The notes under the pieces were generated by a model. The model searched no databases, was not told where the DNA came from, and was given only the letters and a program-made list of their open reading frames with translations. Positions 54,551-64,000 of a stretch of 64,000 nt of DNA are shown piece by piece (position 1 is the stretch's first letter; each line of letters begins with the position of its first letter). Source of the stretch: an uncultured Gemmatimonadaceae bacterium (GTDB lineage Bacteria > Gemmatimonadota > Gemmatimonadetes > Gemmatimonadales > Gemmatimonadaceae); contig CAWHHI010000016.1 of the NCBI GenBank assembly GCA_963829055.1, forward strand, positions 512,001 through 576,000, written 5' to 3'. Both the position numbers and the translations under genes were made by a program.

Positions 54551-55543
54551 CAGTCCTGCTCTGCGCGAAGCTCGCGCTTCATGAGCTCCGAGATAGCCCG
54601 CCGGGCCGGTTGAGCTTCGAACAGAATTCGGTGCACCGCCAAGACGATAGGCATGTCCACTCCCTCGCGCTCCGCCAACGCGCGCGCGCTGATCGTATTG
54701 AGCACTCCTTCCGCGACCGTGTCCTTCCCTTCCAATGCCTGCTCGAGTGTGCTGCCCTTTCCCAGCTCCATCCCGAGCGCTCGATTGCGGCTGAGCGCGC
54801 CAGTACACGTGAGGACGAGGTCGCCGAGTCCCGCGAGGCCCGCAAACGTCGACTGTTTCGCGCCGAGCGCGATGCCCAGTCGCGTCATCTCGGCCAGCCC
54901 ACGCGTGATGAGCGCCGCGCGCGAGTTGAAGCCGAGTCCAAGCCCTTCAGCGATGCCCGTTGCGACCGCCATGACGTTCTTGAGTGCGCCGCCAAGCTCG
55001 ACACCAACGACATCATCATGCGTGTAGACACGGAACACGTCCGAGCTCAGTGCACGCTGCACACGCGACGCTGACTCCAGATCCTTCGATGCGGCCACGA
55101 CCGCTGTTGGCTGACCATTCGCAACTTCTGCTGCGAAGCTGGGCCCCGACAACGCAACCACCGGACGGCTCGGCACCGTATCGGCCACGACGTCGGACAT
55201 GATCGACAGAGTACCGCGCTCGATGCCCTTGCTGGCGACTACCAGCACCGCGTCGCGGTGAACGCAGCCGGCGCCACTCGCCGCGACCTCGCGCAGCGCG
55301 TGCGATGGCGCGACGTATATCACGACGTCGGCATCGCCTAACGCATCCGAGATCGACCCGGTGGCGTGCACACGCGGCATTCATCGCTACTCCAGGAAGA
55401 AAGCGCCGGTTCTCACGGGACGCGTTCACCGAGTCGACGACGTCGGGCTCACGCGCCCAGAGCTCGACGGCGTGACCGTTTGCCGCTAGTACGTTCGCGA
55501 GAGCACTGCCCCACGCGCCAGCGCCGATCACCGCGCTCTTCAC
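54550..55543 (-). CDS. gpsA: NAD(P)H-dependent glycerol-3-phosphate dehydrogenase (frameshift near 55380)
   Basis: GAGAWGSALA, then SKGIE, SGPSFA, GGALKNV, GLGDLVLTC, SRNR. Confidence 0.93.
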
Positions 55544-56220
55544 GAGACGCCCGGTCCATCCAGGCCGCCGCTCTCACCATTGCTCGGTGAAGGCGGCGGG
55601 GGCTGCTTTCTACCGAACCTCGGCTCGTCGCCGCGTCGGAGTCGCGCGATGTTCGAGCGGTGGGTCCAGAAGACGAACGCAGCAACGACAATGCTGACCG
55701 CGAACAGTGGAGAGCGGATGCCACGTAAGACGGCGATCGCGATCGGAAGGACCGCCGCGCCGGCGAGCGACGCGAGCGACATGTAGCCGCTCAGCACCAG
55801 CACGAGGAACCAGACCACGAGCGTGACGCCGATTGCCGCCGGTGCGAGCGCCCCGAAAACTCCCGACGCCGTTGCGACTCCCTTGCCGCCACCGTTCCAC
55901 AGCAGGAACACCGGCCTAACGTGGCCCGCGATGGCCGCGATGCCGAACGCGATGGACCACCATGTGGCGCTCGCAGCGGTAGCCACGCTCGGATCCAGCA
56001 ACCGCGGGAAGTAGAGTACCGGGAGCGCGCCCTTCGCCGCGTCGAACAACAACACCGCGACGGCGATCTTCGCCCCGAGAACGCGGTAGACGTTCGTCGC
56101 CCCGAGATTGCCCGAGCCGTGTTGTCGAAGGTCGATACCCTTCGTCAGCTTGCCAGCGATGTATGCCGCCGGGATCGACCCTGCCAGATAGGCGAGTACG
56201 AGACCCAGGTACGGAGACAC
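55540..56220 (-). CDS. plsY: Glycerol-3-phosphate acyltransferase PlsY
   Basis: YLAGSIP, GSGNLGATN, GGKGVAT, HRSNI. Confidence 0.95.
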   Translation of the reverse strand: MSPYLGLVLAYLAGSIPAAYIAGKLTKGIDLRQHGSGNLGATNVYRVLGAKIAVAVLLFDAAKGALPVLYFPRLLDPSVATAASATWWSIAFGIAAIAGHVRPVFLLWNGGGKGVATASGVFGALAPAAIGVTLVVWFLVLVLSGYMSLASLAGAAVLPIAIAVLRGIRSPLFAVSIVVAAFVFWTHRSNIARLRRGDEPRFGRKQPPPPSPSNGESGGLDGPGVS

Positions 56221-57529
56221 TTACGCGGCTCGCCTCCGGAGGAGGATGCGCAGCGGGTTGCCAGTGAAGCCCCACGCCTCGCGAAAGCCGTTGTGCAGGT
56301 AGCGCACGTAATGCTCGGCGAGCAGCTCGGGGTGGTTGCCGAACACCGCGATGGTTGGCGGCGCCGTCTCGACCTGCGTCGCGTACATCAGCTTGATCTC
56401 GCGCCCGGCGGCCTGCGGCGGCTGACGCCGCGCCACGAGCGCTTCGAGCGTGGTGTTCACCTGCGACGTCGTGATGCGCTTCGACCGCTCGGCATCGACC
56501 TCGAGCAGGATATCCAGCGCGCGCGTCACTCGCTGACCGGTCAGCGCAGACGTGAACAGGAACGGCACGAAGGAAAGGAATGGAGCCTTCTCTCCGGCCT
56601 CCTTCTGGAACTTGGCGGACGTCTTGTCGTCCTTCTCTTTCAGGTCCCACTTGTTCACGACGACGATCAGCCCGCGCCCCGCCTCCCAGGCGAGATTCGC
56701 GATCTTGAGATCCTGGTTGTGCAGTCCTTCGACGGCGTCGATCATCAGGATGCAGATGTCCGCGCGCTCGATGGCGCGTCGCGACCGCAGGGACGAGTAG
56801 AACTCGATGCCGTCGTCGACTTTCGACTGCCGACGCAATCCCGCGGTATCGATGAACACGATCGTACGTTCGTGGTACCGCATGGGCGTATCGATGGCGT
56901 CTCGCGTCGTTCCAGCGACTTCGGAGACCACGAGGCGGTCTTCCCCAAGCAGCCGGTTCACGAACGATGACTTGCCCACGTTAGGCCGTCCGATCACGGC
57001 CACTTTCAGCGCATCCTGCGCTTCCGGGGGAGCTGGCGGAATGCGTTCGACGACGAGGTCCAGCAGGTCGCCGGAGCTTTTGCCGTTGATGGCCGACACA
57101 GGAATCGGATCGCCCACGCCGAGCCGGTAGAACTCGTAGTAGTCCGTCGAACGCGGGTCATCGACCTTGTTGGCGACGAGCAGAAACGGCTTGCGGGAGT
57201 CGCGCAGCATGTCGACGACGTGCGCATCCATCGGGTGAATGCCCGCTTTCGCATCGACGACGAGCAACAGAAGGTCGGCTTCGGCGATCGCCTGATCCAC
57301 CTGCCGACGGATCTCGAGATCCATTGGCGCCTGCGGCGTTGTCCGTGACGCCACCCGTGTCCACGAGCCAGAACGTGTGGCCGGCCCACTCCGCTTCCGC
57401 GAAATGCCGATCGCGCGTGGTCCCTGCTTCGTCGCTGACGATGGCCGTGTGGCCGCCGACGATGCGGTTGAACAGTTCGGACTTGCCGACGTTAGGCCGG
57501 CCGATGAGTGCAACGACTGGAACGTTCAT
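56221..57529 (-). CDS. der: Ribosome biogenesis GTPase Der/EngA (frameshift near 57330)
   Basis: Two GRPNVGKS P-loops, GTTRD, DTAG, NKWD, C-terminal KH-like domain. Confidence 0.95.
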
Positions 57530-58833
57530 GCGGCCCGCGCTCCAGGCGCGACTGGCGTGCCCTGTCCTTCGAGCGACAGGACGTCAATGAAATCGTACGA
57601 CGGGTAGACAGGCATCGGCAGGGACTCCCGGAGCGCGATGAAGCGCTCGTCATCGAGGAATAGCCCGCTGTCGTTGATGGTCTCCGCGGGAATGAGTGCA
57701 AGGTCGAGATCGTCGCGTCCATCGAGCGCGCGACGAATGTCTGCGCCGACCAACAGGCCCGCAGTCGTCGTGGTCGGTCCGAAGAGCGAATTCGTGGTGG
57801 GAATGAGGACGAAGCGCGCGCCAGTGTGTGACTCGAGCTGAGCGAGAAGCTCCGGCATGAGCGGCGCCATCGACGTCCCGGTCACGACACCAATGCGGCG
57901 ACCGTCGAGCCGAGGAAGAGTTGGCGCCCCTGCGCGCACGCGCTCGCGGAGCGAGGTGACTGCACCGACACCGTTCTCGATCTGCGCGAAGTCCCCGTAG
58001 TAACTCGCGGCCGGCAGCTCGCGACCTGCGAGCAGATATAGCTCGTCCGATGCGAACACCCACGGGTCGTCACGCTCGGCTTGCCCGCGGGCCGCCCACC
58101 GTGCGACGGCATCGAGCAACGCCCGCGACCGCTCCGCGCTCATGGACTCGCCCGTGTAGAGGTGCGAGAACTGGGTGAGCCCGACGGGAACGATGGCGAC
58201 GGAAATCACGGCGTCGCCCAGGTTCCAGAGATCCGTGAACGACTGCTCGAGCACGTCTCCGTCGTTGAGCCCGGGCACCACGACCATCTGGCAGTGGAAC
58301 TGGATGCCGTGCGCCGCGAGCCGCGTCAGTTGTTCGACAATGTTCGGGACCTTCGGATTGTTCAGTAGCACGCGCCGCGCGTCCCATGGCGTCGCATGCA
58401 CAGAGACATACAGCGGCGACAGGCGGTATTCGATGATCCGCGCCTCGTCGCGCTCCTTCATGTTCGAGAGCGTCGCGAAGTTTCCGTACGCGAACGACAG
58501 CCGGTAGTCGTCGTCGCGGATGTAGAGATTCTTTCTGAGCCCCTTCGGCAATCCCTCGATGAAGCAGAACTCGCAACGATTGGCGCAACGGCGGACCGTG
58601 GGCGGCTCGAGCTCGACACCCAGGTGTTCGCCTTCTGGGCGCTCGATCTCGTAGACGATGTCTTCGCCGTCCGGGAGACGAGCCTCGATGACCAACTCGT
58701 CATCAGCCGTCAGAAATTCCCAGTCCAGGAAGTCGCCGAGTTGACGCCCGTTGACCGAGAGGAGCTCGGTTCCCGGAGCGATTCCTATTTCTTCAGCGAT
58801 GCTACTCGCGGCAACCCGCGCAACTCGGACCAT
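57526..58833 (-). CDS. DUF512 family radical SAM/PDZ protein
   Basis: PDZ-like N-terminus, [26 protein letters not shown]; upstream of der. Confidence 0.85.
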   Translation of the reverse strand: MVRVARVAASSIAEEIGIAPGTELLSVNGRQLGDFLDWEFLTADDELVIEARLPDGEDIVYEIERPEGEHLGVELEPPTVRRCANRCEFCFIEGLPKGLRKNLYIRDDDYRLSFAYGNFATLSNMKERDEARIIEYRLSPLYVSVHATPWDARRVLLNNPKVPNIVEQLTRLAAHGIQFHCQMVVVPGLNDGDVLEQSFTDLWNLGDAVISVAIVPVGLTQFSHLYTGESMSAERSRALLDAVARWAARGQAERDDPWVFASDELYLLAGRELPAASYYGDFAQIENGVGAVTSLRERVRAGAPTLPRLDGRRIGVVTGTSMAPLMPELLAQLESHTGARFVLIPTTNSLFGPTTTTAGLLVGADIRRALDGRDDLDLALIPAETINDSGLFLDDERFIALRESLPMPVYPSYDFIDVLSLEGQGTPVAPGARAA

Positions 58834-59016
58834 GTACTCCTGCACAGCAAAGGGATGACGCAGTACGCGTTTCCCCCCAGTATACGCAACGAGGAATTCC
58901 GTCTACGGCTCACGTATTTTAGCAGCTACAAGCGGCGAAAACAATCGGAGATAATCACTTCGGCCACCGCGCCGAAGGCTTCATCGAGGGGTGCGCTCCT
59001 CCGCCTGCATAACGAG

Positions 59017-59051
59017 ACGAGCGCCGAACACTACCCGTGTTCGGCGCTCGT
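59017..59051. terminator. Perfect 15-bp hairpin downstream of the TPR gene
   Basis: ACGAGCGCCGAACAC-TACCC-GTGTTCGGCGCTCGT; no clear U tract. Confidence 0.5.
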
Positions 59052-59131
59052 ACTCCGACTGGAACGTCGCGCTCCTACCGCGCGCTACACGTCGCCAGAA
59101 TGTCGAGCTACTCGTCAAGCTACCTGTCACG

Positions 59132-60616
59132 CTACTTGTCGACGGGCGCGTACTTGAATGCGGCCACGCCCTCTTGCTCCACGGTGATGCGGAACGGCTT
59201 CGATCCCTTCGGATCGACCGCCCCAACGGTCGCTTCCTGCGTCGCAACCGTCTTCCCGGTGTTATCCAGGAAGTCGACCTTCAGCGTGTACGTCTTCGCG
59301 GCGGCCGACAGGTTCTCGATGGTGCCGGCGAGCGTGTGCTTCGCGCCGTCGTGGCTGAACAGGTTGAACGTCACCTTGGCGGTGGGCTCGCTGAACAGCT
59401 TGTAGTACTTCAGCACCGAGTCGTTCAACGCCTTCTTGGCGGCGGGGTTCTTCTCGGCCTTTGTCTTTTCCTGGTAATAGTTCACGAACACCCGATAGTT
59501 CTCCGGGTTGTTCGGATCGACCTCGACAAGGCGCTCCAGAAGCGGCGGCATCTTGTCGTATTCGCCGGTCGTCAGGTACGTGACAGCGAGGTTGAACAGG
59601 CCGTCGCGGTAGTACGGGTTCTTCTTGAGTCCCGCCTCGAACAACTGTCCCGCCTCCTTCGACTTCCCCGCACGTGCTGCGTTCACGCCCGCTTCCAGCA
59701 GCTGCATGTCGGTGAACTTGTCAGGCGATGCCAGCATGTCGGTAAAGAGCTTGTTCGCGCTGGCGCTGTCGCCCGCGAGGAGCTGGACTCGCGCGAGGCC
59801 GGCCTGTGCACCGGCGTCGCCCGGGTACTCCTTGAGGTAGGCCTGATAGGCTTCCGCCGCCTGCTTCGCGATCTCGGTCTTCTTCGCCCCCTCCGCCTGA
59901 TCGGCGGACGCGGCAAGCAGTTGGCCAATGTTCAGCATGACCTGCTTCTTCTCGTCCGCGTAGGCCGTGTCGGTTCCGATCGCGACGAGCATCTTCTGGA
60001 AGGCGTCGACGGCGCCTGGGATGTCCTCTTTCCCCTGGCGCGCATTGCCGATGACGTTCCACGCCACGGGCGACTTCGGATAGATCACCAACGCGCGCTC
60101 GGCGATGGCGACGGCCGAGTCGACCTGCTTCGCGTTATAGAGATTCACGGCCTGGTTGACGAGCCCGACATAGGGCACGCGCCGGTACTGCTCCGTCTCG
60201 GACTCGCATTGCGGCATCGCCTTCTCGACCACGTCGAACGCGGAATCCGCGGCTAGCACGATGTCGATGTTGTCCGGGGGATTGCCGGCATACCCGATCG
60301 CGGCCTTTGGCGTGACGGTCGGCTGATCCGGCAGCGACGACAGCGTCACCAGCGCGCGACCCAGTAGCCAGTTGCGACCGACGTCATTCGCGTTCGCCTG
60401 CGGGTTCGTCAGGAGCCCGATGGCCTTGGCCATCTGCTTCTTCTTCTCTTCGGGCTTGCCGATGATGCCGGCGGTGACGAGCGCGTCACGCGCGTCTTTC
60501 ACTTGCTTGGGCTTCCCATCATCGATCTCGCACTTCGCGGCCGCCTGCGCACGCCCGACACCGGGGACTGCAGCAGCAGCGAGCGCCGCGAGCATGAACG
60601 TCTTTCGAACCATCAT
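59132..60616 (-). CDS. Exported tetratricopeptide repeat protein
   Basis: Signal peptide (MMVRKTFMLAALAAAAVPGVGRAQ), multiple TPR helices, beta-rich C-terminal domain. Confidence 0.8.
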   Translation of the reverse strand: MMVRKTFMLAALAAAAVPGVGRAQAAAKCEIDDGKPKQVKDARDALVTAGIIGKPEEKKKQMAKAIGLLTNPQANANDVGRNWLLGRALVTLSSLPDQPTVTPKAAIGYAGNPPDNIDIVLAADSAFDVVEKAMPQCESETEQYRRVPYVGLVNQAVNLYNAKQVDSAVAIAERALVIYPKSPVAWNVIGNARQGKEDIPGAVDAFQKMLVAIGTDTAYADEKKQVMLNIGQLLAASADQAEGAKKTEIAKQAAEAYQAYLKEYPGDAGAQAGLARVQLLAGDSASANKLFTDMLASPDKFTDMQLLEAGVNAARAGKSKEAGQLFEAGLKKNPYYRDGLFNLAVTYLTTGEYDKMPPLLERLVEVDPNNPENYRVFVNYYQEKTKAEKNPAAKKALNDSVLKYYKLFSEPTAKVTFNLFSHDGAKHTLAGTIENLSAAAKTYTLKVDFLDNTGKTVATQEATVGAVDPKGSKPFRITVEQEGVAAFKYAPVDK

Positions 60617-60683
60617 GACCTTCTCCTGGGTGGAGCGAGACGCCCTCGAGCGCCGCGCATTCTGTGATCCTACCCTGCCCTGG

Positions 60684-61865
60684 CTACGCCCGTTCCGTCG
60701 CAGCGTGGGCGAGTGTCGTGACATCCTGCAGCGAACGCCCGGTGGCCTCGGCGACCAGGCGCACGTCCTCGTACTCGGGCTTTGCGCGTCGGCGTCCATC
60801 CGGCAGCGCGGAAACCTTCACGCGCACATCGTGCCCGAGCACCTCGACTGTTCGCATGTCGCGTGCGAGGGCGTGTCTCGCCACACGACTCCAGCGCACT
60901 CCTAACGTCGTCGTACGGGAGAAGAGCAACGTTTGCAGCCCTGGGGCCTCGGCATCGCGACACAACACTTCAATGCGCGTGCCCATGCGACCCTTCTTCA
61001 TAACGACGGTGATGCAGGTCACATCGAGCGCGCCGGCTTCGCGTAAGGCGTCCGCCGCGGCGGCTACGTGCTCCGGCGACATATCGTCAATGTCCGTGGC
61101 CAGCAGTGCCAGCGTCTCCTCGCCGCCCCGCCCCGACCCGCTTGCGGCCACTTCCTCCGCGAGCATGATGCGAAGCGCGTTAGGCCGGTCCGCGGGATCC
61201 TTCGTACCGGCCCCGAATCCCGAACGGAGCGGCGTGTATTCGTCAGGCGTGTAGCCTGACGAGAGCACCCGAACCAGCGCCGCGCCAGTCGGCGTCACGA
61301 GCTCACCAGACCCCGCGGGCCCGGGCTTCACGCGGAGCCCCTCGAGCAGTTTGAGCGTCGCCGGCGCGGGCACAGGCAGAACACCGTGCGCTGCCTTCAC
61401 GAACCCGTCCCCGAGCATCAGCGTCCCGCAGTAGACACGCGTTATGCCCAGCTCGTGGAATCCCCAGATCGAGCCGAGGATATCGAGAATCGCGTCAACG
61501 GCGCCGACCTCATGCAGATGCACTCGCTCCATCGTCGTGCCGTGGATCTCCGCTTCCGCCGCCGTCACCGCGGTGAACGCCGCGTCGGCGCGATCGCGCA
61601 CCTCTGGTGGCGCTCCGGACGCATCCAGAATGCGCCGTATGTGGCTGAGATGTCGGCCGTGCGGCTGCGGCGGAACCGTGAAGTCCACCTTCTTGCACGC
61701 GATGCCGGAGCGGTGCACGTCGGTGACGTGCACCGCGACCCCGTCGAGCCCGAGACGATGCGGAAGCGACTTCAGCCACTCCACACTCAGTCCGAGGTCG
61801 ATCAGGGCGCCGAGTGTCATGTCCCCAGCGATGCCGCTGAAGGGGTCGAGGATAGCTATCGGCAC
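60684..61865 (-). CDS. larC: Nickel pincer cofactor biosynthesis protein LarC
   Basis: DPFSGIAGDM, HLHEVGAVDAI, HGVLPVPAPAT, ELVTPTGAA, MKKGR, KPEYED. Confidence 0.9.
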   Translation of the reverse strand: MPIAILDPFSGIAGDMTLGALIDLGLSVEWLKSLPHRLGLDGVAVHVTDVHRSGIACKKVDFTVPPQPHGRHLSHIRRILDASGAPPEVRDRADAAFTAVTAAEAEIHGTTMERVHLHEVGAVDAILDILGSIWGFHELGITRVYCGTLMLGDGFVKAAHGVLPVPAPATLKLLEGLRVKPGPAGSGELVTPTGAALVRVLSSGYTPDEYTPLRSGFGAGTKDPADRPNALRIMLAEEVAASGSGRGGEETLALLATDIDDMSPEHVAAAADALREAGALDVTCITVVMKKGRMGTRIEVLCRDAEAPGLQTLLFSRTTTLGVRWSRVARHALARDMRTVEVLGHDVRVKVSALPDGRRRAKPEYEDVRLVAEATGRSLQDVTTLAHAATERA

Positions 61866-61945
61866 AGCCGGAAAAGTTATCGGGCGCCCGCCGTACAAGG
61901 CTAGCCTTTCACCGCCACGGCGAACGGTTTCCTGACCGGAGCGCC

Positions 61946-63085
61946 TCAGCGGTACGAGGCACCGCTCCCGGTGTTGTAGACGACGACTTCGGCGTTGGGG
62001 TCCAAACGACCTGACTCGACGAGTTTCTGGGTCACCGCGAGGGCGCAGCCGCCTTCAGGGGCAGCGTCGATCCCGCTGCAGGACGCCAGCTGATACGTGG
62101 CCTTTCGGATCGTCTCCTCACCGACGCTGTCAGCCTCGCCTCGGCTCTCCCTCAATGCACGCAGAACGAGCCGATCCCCGAGCGGGCCAGGCACGCGCAG
62201 GCCAGCCGCATGTGTCGACGGGTTCTCCCATGGGGTGGCCGACTCCGCGCCCGCACGGAACGCACGCACCAGCGGCGCGCAACCATCCGCCTGCGCGACG
62301 ATGACGCGCGGGAAGCGCGTCTCTTTCGGTAGCCATCCCCAACGTACCATCTCGGCAAACGCCTTCCACATCCCAATGACGCCCTCGCCGCCCCCTGTCG
62401 GATACACGACGACATCCGGAAGCCGCCACTCGAGTTGCTCCGCGAGCTCGTAGCCGAGCGTCTTGTTGCCCTCGGCGCGGTACGGCTCGCGCAGCGTCGC
62501 GACGTTGAAGAAGCCGTCCGATGCGGCGAACGCGGTTGCGGCCTTGCCCGCGTCGCCAATGTGTCCGTCGACGAGCTGCAGGTCTGCGCCGACCGCTCGG
62601 ATGGTATCGAGTATCGGCTTGGGCGTCGTCGCGGGTGCGTATACCCGCACCGGCACGGCCGCCGCAGCACCGTACGCCGCGAGGGCCGCACCCGCGTTGC
62701 CGGCCGTCGGAACCACGAGCCCCGGAACTCCGTGTCCACGCGCGCGCGTCACAGCGGCGCTCAGCCCTCGGGCCTTGAACGACGCGGTCGGGTTCACCGC
62801 CTCGTCCTTGACCCACAGCCGCCTAACGCCGACGTCCTTCGCGAGTTGCGGAAGCTCGATGAGCGGCGTGAACCCTTCGCCGAGCGAGACGGGCTGCTCG
62901 CCAGCCTGCAGCGGCAGCGCGTCGGCATACCGCCACATGTCCCACCGGGACCGAAGCGCGGCGCGATCCGGCGTCGACGTGATCTCCGCGAGGAACGGTT
63001 GACCGCACTTCGGGCACGTTCCAACGCGCGCGCTGCTCGGTTCGTCGTGGCCACAGCCAGAACAGCGGAGAGTCCAGGTCGTCAC
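61946..63085 (-). CDS. thrC: Threonine synthase
   Basis: SLGEGFTPL, NPTASFKARG, PTAGNAG, YPTGGG. Confidence 0.85.
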   Translation of the reverse strand: MTTWTLRCSGCGHDEPSSARVGTCPKCGQPFLAEITSTPDRAALRSRWDMWRYADALPLQAGEQPVSLGEGFTPLIELPQLAKDVGVRRLWVKDEAVNPTASFKARGLSAAVTRARGHGVPGLVVPTAGNAGAALAAYGAAAAVPVRVYAPATTPKPILDTIRAVGADLQLVDGHIGDAGKAATAFAASDGFFNVATLREPYRAEGNKTLGYELAEQLEWRLPDVVVYPTGGGEGVIGMWKAFAEMVRWGWLPKETRFPRVIVAQADGCAPLVRAFRAGAESATPWENPSTHAAGLRVPGPLGDRLVLRALRESRGEADSVGEETIRKATYQLASCSGIDAAPEGGCALAVTQKLVESGRLDPNAEVVVYNTGSGASYR

Positions 63086-64000
63086 GGTGTGTCGGGAGTT
63101 TGAGAGACATGAAGAACTTCAGGAACGTCGTGCGGGTCGTGCTCGTGGGACGTCGATTCGTTGGGCACTACTGTCTCCGGCAGCGCATCGTTAGGCGTCG
63201 GCTCGGTGGCGTCAGCCACCGCGACGGCCTGCGACGCGCCCGCGACGTCGGATGCAGTCCCCTGATGCGGACCTGCCAATCTGTCGAGCAGCTTCTGGGC
63301 GCTCGATGCGGAAAATCCCGGAAGCGCGGCGATCTGCTCGACCGTCGCCTCACGAACGCCCTGCACACTCCCGAACGTCTGAATGAGCGCGCGGCGCTTC
63401 GACGGTCCGATCCCCGGGATGCTGAGCAGCTCCGACGTGACCGTGCGCAACGAACGCCGCTTCCGATTATACGTCACCGCGAACCGATGCGCTTCGTCCC
63501 GCGCCTGCTGCAGCATGCGCAGCCCCGGTGATCGGCGCGGCAGGCGAACGGGGTCGGAGCGACCGATGACGAAGATCTCCTCCTCACGCTTCGCGAGGCT
63601 GATCAACTGCAGCGTCTCGAGGTTGAGCTCTCGTAGTGCGTCCGCGGCGGCACTCAGCTGGCCCTTGCCGCCGTCGATGACGACGAGGTCCGGGAGCGCT
63701 TTCTGTTCGTCGAGACGCCGCCGAAAATATCGCCCGACGACTTCACGCATCGACGCAAAGTCGTCGGTGCCAACGACCGTCTTCACCTTGAACTTGCGAT
63801 ACTCCGCACGGCGCGGGCGCCCGTTCTCGAACCACACGCACGAGCCCACGGTGTCGGTGCCCTGCGCGGTGGAAATGTCGAAGCACACGAGCGAGCGAGG
63901 GAGGCGTTGCAGCCCGAGGGCACGACCCAACTCGTAGACGGGACTCGTCGCGCGCTCCTCGCTCTCGAGCGTCGCGAGCTTGAGCTCCTCCAAGCAGGTG
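63082..64000 (-). CDS. uvrC: Excinuclease ABC subunit C (5' part outside window)
   Basis: CFDIS, DDFASMREV, PDLVVIDGGKGQL, RDEAHRFA, IPGIG HhH. Confidence 0.95.
   Translation of the reverse strand, partial: TCLEELKLATLESEERATSPVYELGRALGLQRLPRSLVCFDISTAQGTDTVGSCVWFENGRPRRAEYRKFKVKTVVGTDDFASMREVVGRYFRRRLDEQKALPDLVVIDGGKGQLSAAADALRELNLETLQLISLAKREEEIFVIGRSDPVRLPRRSPGLRMLQQARDEAHRFAVTYNRKRRSLRTVTSELLSIPGIGPSKRRALIQTFGSVQGVREATVEQIAALPGFSASSAQKLLDRLAGPHQGTASDVAGASQAVAVADATEPTPNDALPETVVPNESTSHEHDPHDVPEVLHVSQTPDTP

Overview
High-GC (roughly two-thirds G+C by eye) bacterial core-genome segment. Gene content and order suggest a Gemmatimonadota-like organism (inference). Positions 1-48748 are an almost unbroken + strand run: nuoF-N, PMM/PGM, UPF0182, sucCD, ndk, yceD-rpmF-plsX-fabHDG-acpP-fabF, mqnE/A/C, ispF, dedA, xerD, trpG-like, kdsB-pyrG-kdsA-kdsC/D-lptC-lptA-like-lptB-rpoN, a glycosylation cluster and dapF. 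Positions 48897-64000 are an unbroken - strand run from uvrC to apt, tRNA-Arg and a TPR gene. The two runs converge on a 28-bp dif-like XerCD site at 48791-48818, so this is very probably the replication terminus. Main unexplained signals: (1) the non-palindromic octamer CGTTAGGC/GCCTAACG, 33 exact copies counted by eye against about 2-3 expected, embedded in coding sequence through rare codons; (2) a family of (GGGAACN)4-spacer-(GRTTCCC)4 heptamer inverted-repeat elements, translated in frame in kdsA and apparently ispF; (3) strong enrichment of D-[ST]-[AILVMT] sequons in exported proteins next to a polyprenol-phosphate-sugar/GT-C cluster. About a dozen frameshifts in housekeeping genes look like long-read indel errors. 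No CRISPR array, IS element or prophage was seen.
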